NCBI GenBank assembly: GCA_963769935.1
Contig: CAVYNY010000011.1
Location: 288,001 to 352,000, forward strand
DNA length: 64,000 bases
Reading direction: 5' to 3'
From: an uncultured delta proteobacterium
GTDB lineage: Bacteria; Desulfobacterota; Desulfobacteria; Desulfobacterales; JAFDCJ01
In this document: in pieces, positions 30,698 to 38,705 of the stretch
How the letters are laid out: each line of letters opens with the position of its first letter
Position numbering within the stretch: the stretch's first letter is position 1
Notes under the pieces: generated by a model
The model's input: the letters and a program-made list of their open reading frames with translations, nothing else
What the model was told of the DNA's origin: nothing
The model's database searches: none
Program-made: the position numbers and the translations under genes

Positions 30698-31111
30698 GGG
30701 ACGTTCCTCGGATCTCGGATCCGTCCTCTTCCAAAAGCTTCAATCAGTGATCCTCGACGATTTGCCATCCTCTCTCGCGGATTCGCTCGCCATCGAGGAC
30801 GCGATGTTTAATTTTTTCGATATTGAGACCGCGCTCATCTCTAGTTCTCCCGCCCTCCAAATAACATAGCAGGCTCCGGACCTGTACCATTCTTCGTTGC
30901 TTTCCGCCTGTCAATAACTCCTTGAAAGTAAGACCGAATAAACCGAAAAATCATCACGGTCAGCATCATCTAAAAAGATCTTTCTTCGATTAATCTCCCT
31001 CACAATGATATGGTGCAGCGCTCCAAGGGCGTCTATACGGGCTTTTCGAGGCATGCCATTCAGGTATCAAATAATTCGGATTTGGTAAACCGTAAATCCG
31101 AGGAACGTCCC
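30698..31111 (-). mobile_element. Non-autonomous element with 16-bp terminal inverted repeats and a deleted RAYT/IS200-like transposase
   Basis: GGGACGTTCCTCGGAT (30698-30713) and ATCCGAGGAACGTCCC (31096-31111). The minus strand from 31054 reads MPRKARIDALGALHHIIVREINRRKIF, joined to an HTH-like C-terminal remnant. Confidence 0.8.
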
Positions 31112-31196
31112 TTAAAGCCTATAGCCCGCGGCCTTCGCAAGAAAAGCGTCAAGTTCGGCCTGGGTTAGACGTCGCTGCGGTTTAGTTTTCACAGAA

Positions 31197-32203
31197 TTAT
31201 TCATTTTCACTCACATATATTTGTTGACGGCCTATTGATTTTTTCCTAAACTCCCGCACATTCAACGCCTTCCATTCGAGCAGCGGGTGCCTTCTGATAC
31301 GATCCTGCAAATCCTCATCGGCCGTCAATAATTCTGGGCGGACTTCACCCCTTGTCCAACAATCGATCCAGGAATTCCATTTCCGTCGCCGTGAAAGGGA
31401 GCAATGCCGCCAGGCCATGAAGACAGTCGTTGATGAGTCTTTTTTTAAAAGAAGCGGCGCTTATTGGGTCTGCACCTTCTGAGCGCAACATCGGAAGGAG
31501 CTTTTGTTCGAAATCCTTGATTTCCAGGTCACATCCTCTATGGCGACAGTCCGCCAATTCCTTTGATCCATAGCGCCATAGAGGACAAACGCCAAACGCA
31601 GCCGCCCCGGCTGAAGCGTGCCGGTGCGGAAAAGATGGCTGCAATCGAATAGATCCCTTGCCTGCTTTCGCGAAAGAAGCGCTGCGAGTTTTCCCGCCGC
31701 TAGTTCATGGATATCCAGCACCTGAATGTCAGTTGCCTGCCAAACGCCGACCGGCCGCGAGACCATGACCCTCAGGCGGCCACAAGGGGATACGGAACAT
31801 AAAGTTGACATCTACTTCAAGGATGCCCCCTTGCCCGCTCGCACCCTGATAGCGAAGCTGCCATTTCCCACCGGCATGTTCGCCGGGCATGCGCCTGACT
31901 GTAAACTCTTCACGGGAGAATACCGCCTGCAACGCCGTCTCGACCTTGGGGCGTTCCGCAAGCATGACCTCTCGATCAGACGCACCCACATAATTCAGAT
32001 CGATATCGATCGAAAGTCGGGGCACCTCAAAGATAAAAAGGTTCACGGCCGTACCGCCCTTCAGGGCCAGCCGCCCTTTCAGGAAAGGATGACTTCGCAC
32101 GGCTTCGAGCAGGTGAACCAGAAGTCCGACTTTTTCCAGAATATCCGTTCGGAAACCTGTAGCCTCTGCCTGAGCGATCAGCGTTTCAGGAGGATATCCT
32201 CAC
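31197..32203 (-). CDS. abiEii: AbiEii nucleotidyltransferase toxin (type IV TA), split by about four single-base indels
   Basis: LKGGTAVNLF...PRLSIDIDLNY and ELAAGKLAALLSRKQARDLFD, across ORFs 31729-32100, 31461-31811, 31345-31644 and 31197-31418. Confidence 0.85.
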
Positions 32204-33003
32204 CACGATTCCTCCCATGACCGCCGGAGGATTTCTTCGGGAACAACCAGGTTCCAGGCGGAGACGAAGCGACCCGATTGCCGTCGGCTTCGCTCCATGT
32301 AGTGGGGTCGGCGCGGGCGAAGATCCTGGAATGTCTTTAAATGGGCGTCTTCAACCATCAGGGATTCCCGGTGCTGTTCTAGGAAAAAACCCACTTTCGC
32401 AGCGTTAGTGGCGTTTCCAAAAGTAATGTGTATTCCGTGACCTTATCGAGATCGAAATATTCAATTGTCTCCAAGGACCGCCATATTTCTTCCCAGCTTC
32501 CTGACAATTCAGGACGGTTCAGGACATCTACGAAGGTTCTCTCAAGTCCGGTTAAGCATATTGCCATTCCCGAACGATCGGCTTCCATCACGTCAAAAGA
32601 TTCCGCTTTCTTTCGCAAGAGGGCCTTTGGAAATCTAACCCCTTTGAACAAATGAGAGCGAAAAGTTATGAGGGGCATGGGTTTGCCGACGAGGTAAGTG
32701 AAGTGTTCATATACCGAATAGGCCTTTCCATGAACTTCCAGCGCCGTATGGTAAGCCAGAATTGCATCTTTCGATATTCGGGCGGCTATAAGAAATGGGT
32801 CTATGGGAAAGTTTTCCGGCGATGCGCCGGGAGGAACAGATGCATAGAGCCCACGACGATCTGGACAAGATTACCCGCTTTTACATGGTAGGCAAGGAAA
32901 GATTCCTGGGTCTTACGTTATGGGTTCCATCGGAAGAGAGAAATCCGGCAAAGTCCTGGACGGTAAAAACAGGATGTGTGCGGAAAAAAGCCCTCAGTTG
33001 CAT
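32200..33003 (-). CDS. abiEi: AbiEi antitoxin/transcriptional regulator, split by about three single-base indels
   Basis: MQLRAFFRTHPVFTV...GLY...LAYHTALEVHG...LERTFVDVLNRPELSG...KVGFFLE...WNLVVP; its stop overlaps the abiEii start. Confidence 0.82.
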
Positions 33004-33031
33004 TATTGGATCACTTTTGACAGTTATCTTT

Positions 33032-33106
33032 ATAATACGTAATTTTATCACCACCAATTTTGCCATAACCCGCAATTTTTTTACGTGTTATTAAAATAAT
33101 TGTCAA
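33032..33106 (-). promoter_or_regulatory. Candidate abiE promoter with inverted-repeat operator
   Basis: TTGACA on the minus strand at 33101-33106; inverted repeat ATAATACGTAA (33032-33042) / TTACGTGTTAT (33081-33091), 10 of 11 matching. Confidence 0.4.
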
Positions 33107-33250
33107 GACGGCGTTTAGATGCAAATTAGCTGAAAATTGGGGGCCTTAGACTTAGAACTCCTGTCTGCCGGAGGCTGGTTTATCAAAAAACGCTTCAGCG
33201 CATGGGTAGTCAGCGGGGAGGTAGACGGGCCACGTCAAGAAATTTAGATT

Positions 33251-33291
33251 AAATAACAAATGGACCGGTTAGGTCTTAGCCGGTCCATTTG
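33251..33291 (-). terminator. Intrinsic terminator after the Mo-hydroxylase operon
   Basis: Perfect 12-bp stem CAAATGGACCGG/CCGGTCCATTTG followed by TTATTT on the minus strand. Confidence 0.7.
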
Positions 33292-33309
33292 GGGGGCAAC
33301 ATCAGCCTT

Positions 33310-35727
33310 CTAAGAAGCGGATTGAATCGCCTGCCAGATCCTGGCGGGTGTCAACGGCAGTTCGTTGATGCTTGCGCCCAGCGGGGATAAGGCATCGTTG
33401 ACCGCATTGGCGATGAGCGCCGGAGCCGTCATCGCGCTTCCCTCGCCGCAGCCTTTGGTGCCGAGAACCGTGAAGGGAGACCGGGTCGGGACGTGGCCGA
33501 TCTCAACCTCCGGGGCCTGCGGGGCGGTCAGGCACACGTATTCATTAAAGGAGGGCGCCAGAAAGTTTCCGTTTTCATCATAGGCCAGCTCCTCGGACAT
33601 CGCCCCGCCCAGACCATGCATGATGCTGCCGTAGATCTGCCCTTCCACCCGCCGGGGATTGATGACGGTTCCCGCATCATGGACCGAAATATATTTTATG
33701 ATCGTGAACCGGCCGGTAGCGCGATCCACTTCCACCGCGGCTACCTCGGCGATGAAGCCGTAAACGCTGGAGCTGTTGACACGATCCTGGTCGTCGGCTG
33801 CGTCGGAGTGGGGGAAGTTGAAAATATGGGAAACTTCGAGACCGGGGCCGATGTCGGCGGGAAGTTCGGTGGGGTTCCAGTGGGCCAGTCCGGCCACGCC
33901 CCTGAAATCGATGAGTGCCTCCTCTTCTCCCGCCAGCCAAATCCTGCCGTTAGCGACGGTCAGTTTCTCGGCCGGGACCTTGAATCGATGGGCGGCAATT
34001 TTCAATACCTTCTCGCGCAGCAAGCGTGCCGCCTGCGCAAACGCGCTCAACCCGATGGCGGCGAAGCGGCTGGAGTAGCTGCCGGAAGAGATCGTCCAGT
34101 AGCGGGTAAAGGTATCCATCTCCGTAACGACGTTGATATCGTCCGGATGGACGCCCAGCTCGTCGGCCACGACTTGTGCCACCAGGGCATCGTGGCCCTG
34201 GCCGCTGGGTGTGCTGCCTAAAATCGCCGTGACGCGCCCCATGGGATCGATTTTTACGACGGCGGCCTCGCCGGCGCCGGATTTTTCGTGGAAGCCCTCC
34301 TTGGCCCGCATCTCTTGGGGAAAGGCCAGGTTGAGATATCCCATATTGCTGCCGCAGGGCTCTACCGCGACGGCCAGGCCGATACCGAACAGGCGTCCCT
34401 GCTTGCGAGCTTCCGCGCGCTGGCGCTTCAGTGCTTCGTAATCCGCCATTTCCAAAGCCCTGCGCAACCCGGCCGGGTAGTCGCCGCTGTCGTACAACCC
34501 CCCTGAGGGTGTGCGGTAAGGAAACTCGTCCGGTCCGATCAGGTTGTGCAGGCGCAGATCGGCCGGATCCTGCCCCAACTCCCGCGCCAGCCGGTCAACC
34601 ATGCTTTCCAAACAAAAGTAGAGCTGCTGGCAGCCGTATCCGCGGTTGGGTCCCGTGAGAGACTTGTTGGTCATTACCTCATGGGCATCGATGGTGAGGT
34701 TTTTGATCTTGTAAGGTCCGGTCAGATTGCCGGTGGTCCGATAAATATTGGCAGGCTCCGGCGCCCGTACATAAGCGCCGACGTTATCTATCCACTTGGC
34801 GCGTATTCCCAGGATGGTCCCGTCCCGGCGAGCCGCCAATTGATAATACCCTTTGCGCTCCGCGCCGCTGCTCAGTGCCGTCAGATGTTCGCGGCGATCC
34901 TCCACCCATTTCACCGTCCTGCCCGATTTTATCGCCGCCAGACCGATAAGAACCAGATAGGAAGTGATGCCGATCTTGATGCCGAAGCTGCCGCCGATGT
35001 TCCGCGGCACGATGAATCGCACTTTGTTTTCCGGCATATTCAAGCCCTTGGCGACGAAAGAGTGAAGCGCGAAAGGCCCGTGAAAGTTGGACCACAACGT
35101 CAACACCTCATCGGCTTCGTCGTAGGAGGCGATGACGACGCAGGTTTCAACCGGTGTCGAACTGTATTTGTGGAAGCGGAATTCGTGCTGCACTACCAGA
35201 TCGGCCTCGGCAAAGGCCGGGTCGGTCTCGCCGTATTGCAGCAGCCTGTGCTGGGCCACGTTGGTTCCCAGCTGTTCATGCAGAATGGGGGCGTCCGATT
35301 CCATGGCCTTCTCCTGATCGGCCACGCCGTCCAGCCGCTCGTAGTCGACTTCGATCGCTTCGCAGGCATCCTCGGCCATATAGCGGTCTTTGGCCACTAC
35401 GACTGCGACCGGCTCGCCCACAAAGCGCACCTTATCCAGGGCCGCACTGTAGTACAATATTCGGGCGGGCAATCCGACCGGGAACGGGTTTGACATCCGG
35501 CCGACGTCGCGCCCGGTCAGGATGTCCGTGACGCCGGGCAGTGCCAGTGCCTTTTCAGTTCGAACGGCATGAATCCTGGCATGCGGATGCGGACTTCTTA
35601 GAATTGCCGCATGGCAAAGATCGGCAAACCTCAGGTCGTCCAAAAACTTGCCCTTGCCCTGCAGCAGGAGCTCTTCCTGCTTGCTGCCGTAATCCGTGCC
35701 GATCCAGGTTGCTTTTTTGCTGTTCAT
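33310..35727 (-). CDS. Xanthine dehydrogenase family molybdopterin large subunit, 2-furoyl-CoA dehydrogenase HmfA-like
   Basis: RSPHPHARI, GGSFGIK, RAPEPANIYR..GNLTG.Y, GPNRGYG, GQGH, YSSRFA, DRVNSS and KGCGE motifs. Confidence 0.85.
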   Translation of the reverse strand: MNSKKATWIGTDYGSKQEELLLQGKGKFLDDLRFADLCHAAILRSPHPHARIHAVRTEKALALPGVTDILTGRDVGRMSNPFPVGLPARILYYSAALDKVRFVGEPVAVVVAKDRYMAEDACEAIEVDYERLDGVADQEKAMESDAPILHEQLGTNVAQHRLLQYGETDPAFAEADLVVQHEFRFHKYSSTPVETCVVIASYDEADEVLTLWSNFHGPFALHSFVAKGLNMPENKVRFIVPRNIGGSFGIKIGITSYLVLIGLAAIKSGRTVKWVEDRREHLTALSSGAERKGYYQLAARRDGTILGIRAKWIDNVGAYVRAPEPANIYRTTGNLTGPYKIKNLTIDAHEVMTNKSLTGPNRGYGCQQLYFCLESMVDRLARELGQDPADLRLHNLIGPDEFPYRTPSGGLYDSGDYPAGLRRALEMADYEALKRQRAEARKQGRLFGIGLAVAVEPCGSNMGYLNLAFPQEMRAKEGFHEKSGAGEAAVVKIDPMGRVTAILGSTPSGQGHDALVAQVVADELGVHPDDINVVTEMDTFTRYWTISSGSYSSRFAAIGLSAFAQAARLLREKVLKIAAHRFKVPAEKLTVANGRIWLAGEEEALIDFRGVAGLAHWNPTELPADIGPGLEVSHIFNFPHSDAADDQDRVNSSSVYGFIAEVAAVEVDRATGRFTIIKYISVHDAGTVINPRRVEGQIYGSIMHGLGGAMSEELAYDENGNFLAPSFNEYVCLTAPQAPEVEIGHVPTRSPFTVLGTKGCGEGSAMTAPALIANAVNDALSPLGASINELPLTPARIWQAIQSAS

Positions 35728-35765
35728 GGTCTCTTTTCCATTGTTTGCGCCGCAGATGTACCGGC

Positions 35766-36236
35766 TCAATCACCGGCATTTTCTACAGCGGCCTTAACGG
35801 AGCGGATGATCTGCTGATATCCGGTGCAGCGGCACAGCACGCCGGACAATGCTGCTTGGATTTCCTGTTCGTCCGGGTTGGGGTTTTCCTGCAAAAGCTC
35901 CGTGGCCGCCATGAGCATTCCCGGGGTGCAGAAGCCGCACTGCAGCCCGAAGTTGTCCCGGAAAGCCTTCTGCAGTGCATTCAGCCGGCCGCCCGAGGCG
36001 AGTCCTTCGACGGTCACAATTTCGGCATTGTCGGCCTGCACGGCGAATATCAGACAGGAGCGGACGGTGCGGCCGTTCATCAGGATCGTGCAGCTGCCGC
36101 ACCTGCCATGCTCGCAGCCGATGTGGGTGCCGGCAAGATTAAGATCTTCCCGCAAAAAATCAACCAGAAGCATTCGCGCCTCCACCTCTTTCCGATACTC
36201 CACGCCGTTGACCCGCACCCTGATTTCATGTCGCAT
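35766..36236 (-). CDS. (2Fe-2S) small subunit, CoxS/HmfC-like
   Basis: GCEHGRCGSC, QCGFCTPG and LCRCTGY motifs. Confidence 0.93.
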   Translation of the reverse strand: MRHEIRVRVNGVEYRKEVEARMLLVDFLREDLNLAGTHIGCEHGRCGSCTILMNGRTVRSCLIFAVQADNAEIVTVEGLASGGRLNALQKAFRDNFGLQCGFCTPGMLMAATELLQENPNPDEQEIQAALSGVLCRCTGYQQIIRSVKAAVENAGD

Positions 36237-36237
36237 T

Positions 36238-37110
36238 TTACGCCAGCCTCCCTTGCCCGACGGCCGCCTTCACGGCGCGTTCCAGGTAGACCTTTGCCAT
36301 CTCCTGTTTGTATCCAGCCGGTGCCTGCAGTTCATCGGACGGCCGCAGGACGGCTGCCGATGCGACGGCCGCCTCCCGGATCAAGTCCGCGGTCGGCACC
36401 TGCCCGCTGAGCAGGTCCTCCGCCTCGCGACAGCGCAAAGGCGTCCTCCCGGCCCCGGCGACGGCGATGCGAACTTCCGCGCAGCGCTTATTTTCATCCA
36501 AGGTGATCAGAGCGGCGACGCCGACGGTGGCGGTCGTGCTATAGCCCCGGCTGTGCTCCAGAAAAGACCAGCGCTGGTTGGACGACAGGGCCGGCAAGCG
36601 AACTTCGGTGAGGATCTCATCCGGCCCCAAGGCGGTGGTACAGGTGTCCACGAATAAATCTTCCGCCTTGATCTGCCGCGAACCCCGGGGTCCCCGGACT
36701 GTGACCTCGCCGTCTGCGGCCAGCAGCACGGCCGGGTACTCCGCCGACGGATCCGCATGGGCAAGGCTGCCGCCGATGGTGCCCCGGTTGCGGACGGCCC
36801 GGTAACCGATATAGCGGGTCGCTTCCGCCAGAATCGGGCATTTTGCCGCGATCAATTCGGACTTCTCGATTTCGGTCTGCCGAACCATGGCACCGATGCA
36901 GACAGTACCCGCATTTTCACGGAGGTACCTCAAATCCTCGAGGTGGTTGATATCGATGAGGTATGCGGGCCGGGCCTGGCGGAAATTCATCAACGGCACA
37001 AGGCTCTGGCCCCCGGCCAGAATCCTGGCCCCCGGCTGGTAGCGGTCCAGCATCGCCAGCGCTTCATCTACCGTCGCAGGCTGAAAGTATTGAAAAGGAG
37101 CCGGTTTCAT
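36238..37110 (-). CDS. FAD-binding medium subunit, CoxM/HmfB-like
   Basis: MKPAPF, LAGGQSLVP and RNRGTIGGSLAHADP motifs. Confidence 0.93.
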   Translation of the reverse strand: MKPAPFQYFQPATVDEALAMLDRYQPGARILAGGQSLVPLMNFRQARPAYLIDINHLEDLRYLRENAGTVCIGAMVRQTEIEKSELIAAKCPILAEATRYIGYRAVRNRGTIGGSLAHADPSAEYPAVLLAADGEVTVRGPRGSRQIKAEDLFVDTCTTALGPDEILTEVRLPALSSNQRWSFLEHSRGYSTTATVGVAALITLDENKRCAEVRIAVAGAGRTPLRCREAEDLLSGQVPTADLIREAAVASAAVLRPSDELQAPAGYKQEMAKVYLERAVKAAVGQGRLA

Positions 37111-37541
37111 CAGTCTTCCTCCATCGAAGGGACCCGGATCGGGAACCCGTTCCGATAAGAATTGACAAAAACCCGCAAATTAGGAGAGAGCTAAGAGAAA
37201 ATATGAATTGTGCATCGGATTCAGCTACAATGCAACCAAGGAAAGCTTAAAATAACCGTAAACGCTGGGGCTTCGTCTATCAAAATAACGTATCACTGTC
37301 AACGGTTAAATTCGGACAGGCTCTGAAATTTTCTTGACAATTAGCCGTCAGCCAACTCTATCAGCTTATAAAATCTTCTCGCCCAATTGACGTGGCGGCA
37401 GCCTCCGGTGCGAATCCGACCGGCGAGCGCGGTGGTGTGTCCACAACGCCGGGTTCAAGAGTTCGGTTAAGCTGCGGGTACGAACATACGCATGGTGACG
37501 GAAGTCCGGGTGTGAGGCCCGCCGGTGCGATTCCGCAATCT

Positions 37542-38516
37542 TCAGTCGGCAGTTGCCAGCGGCCGGAATGACCACGTGCCCCTGAGCAGCGGCAGCAAGC
37601 CCGATATCTTAAAATAAATCATGTGCGCGGAAAGCGTCTTGCCTTCCCAGCCCGGCAGGGACCGGTACAGCAGCTGAATTTGCCTCTGCTGGCCCGGACC
37701 CAGCGGTTCGCCGGAAGCCTTGCAGCAAAAATACAACAGCTCCGCCTTGCGACCCCGGTCATCTTCAAGATCGAAAAACCGCTGCGACAAATCGAGCAGG
37801 ATCGGCTGCGCGGTGGTGTTGGTCACGGCGACCCTAATGTCGAACGCGTTGTAGTCATGGGAGACCCGGCCGAAGGCCACACGTTCCAGGGTCACCACAT
37901 CCCCGCGATCCTGCGGGAATGAGGAACCGGGGTCCAGAGAATATTCGGTCCTCTCGATCATGTTCGGCCTGAAAACCAGGATGTCCACGAAATTTGACAA
38001 TGCCTGCTTTTGCATTACCGCTTCCTGGCCGCCGCCGATGAAGCGGCGGACCGGCGTATAAAACAAAACGGCGAGGATGACCAGCACCGCAGCGGTCGCC
38101 GCGATCAGAACGACGCGGAACCGCCGGGGCGAGCGGCCCAGGTGCGCGGCGATCTCCGCCGCCGCATTGCCCTGCGGCTCGAAGATTGTCACCCCTTTGA
38201 GATAGGCAGGAATCGTCTCCATCTCCGTGGGTTCGAGCAGCACCGGCAGGACATGCTTCTTGGGGGATGTCCATTTCTCACGGGCCAGTCTGAGCTCGCT
38301 GAGGCTGTATGCGCCCTGCCGCACGGCATCCGGCGAGATCAGGAACACGAAAAGGTCGGCGTCTGCGATGCGCGTTCGAATCACGGCGTTGAAGTCTTCA
38401 CCGCCGGAGAGCTTGTCTTTGTCGAAGAACACCTCATGGCCTTCTGCCTGCAGCGCCAGAGCGATTTCTTCGGCCTTCGTGCGGTTTTTAGAGGAATAGG
38501 AAAGAAAAATCTTCAT
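37542..38516 (-). CDS. TIR domain protein with transmembrane helix and C-terminal extracytoplasmic domain (copy 2)
   Basis: Ungapped 324-aa paralogue of 18561-19535 (about 42 differences by manual count). Confidence 0.88.
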   Translation of the reverse strand: MKIFLSYSSKNRTKAEEIALALQAEGHEVFFDKDKLSGGEDFNAVIRTRIADADLFVFLISPDAVRQGAYSLSELRLAREKWTSPKKHVLPVLLEPTEMETIPAYLKGVTIFEPQGNAAAEIAAHLGRSPRRFRVVLIAATAAVLVILAVLFYTPVRRFIGGGQEAVMQKQALSNFVDILVFRPNMIERTEYSLDPGSSFPQDRGDVVTLERVAFGRVSHDYNAFDIRVAVTNTTAQPILLDLSQRFFDLEDDRGRKAELLYFCCKASGEPLGPGQQRQIQLLYRSLPGWEGKTLSAHMIYFKISGLLPLLRGTWSFRPLATAD

Positions 38517-38705
38517 TTCAACGCGGCGCTCCCGGAACGTCCTGTTAAGATTTAATACATGATATGCTAATTTCGGACAAAAATGAACATTTTTCTCCCT
38601 TTAAGATAAAACCAGATTCATTCTGATCTGTTTTATTGCTTGGTAAGAGAATTATCAGACATAAGACAAAAGCCTTTGGGAAAAATTGGAAATTGAAACA
38701 TGATT

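Noticed and set aside
37405..37535. Cobalamin-riboswitch-like CCGGTGCGA(A/T)TCCG motifs
   Set aside because: The 14-bp motif occurs twice, but on the strand opposite the neighbouring genes, and the remaining conserved riboswitch elements were not recognisable.
18561..38516. Composite transposon or segmental duplication bounded by the TIR genes
   Set aside because: Similarity is limited to the two ORFs, is diverged, and there is no intact transposase or target duplication.
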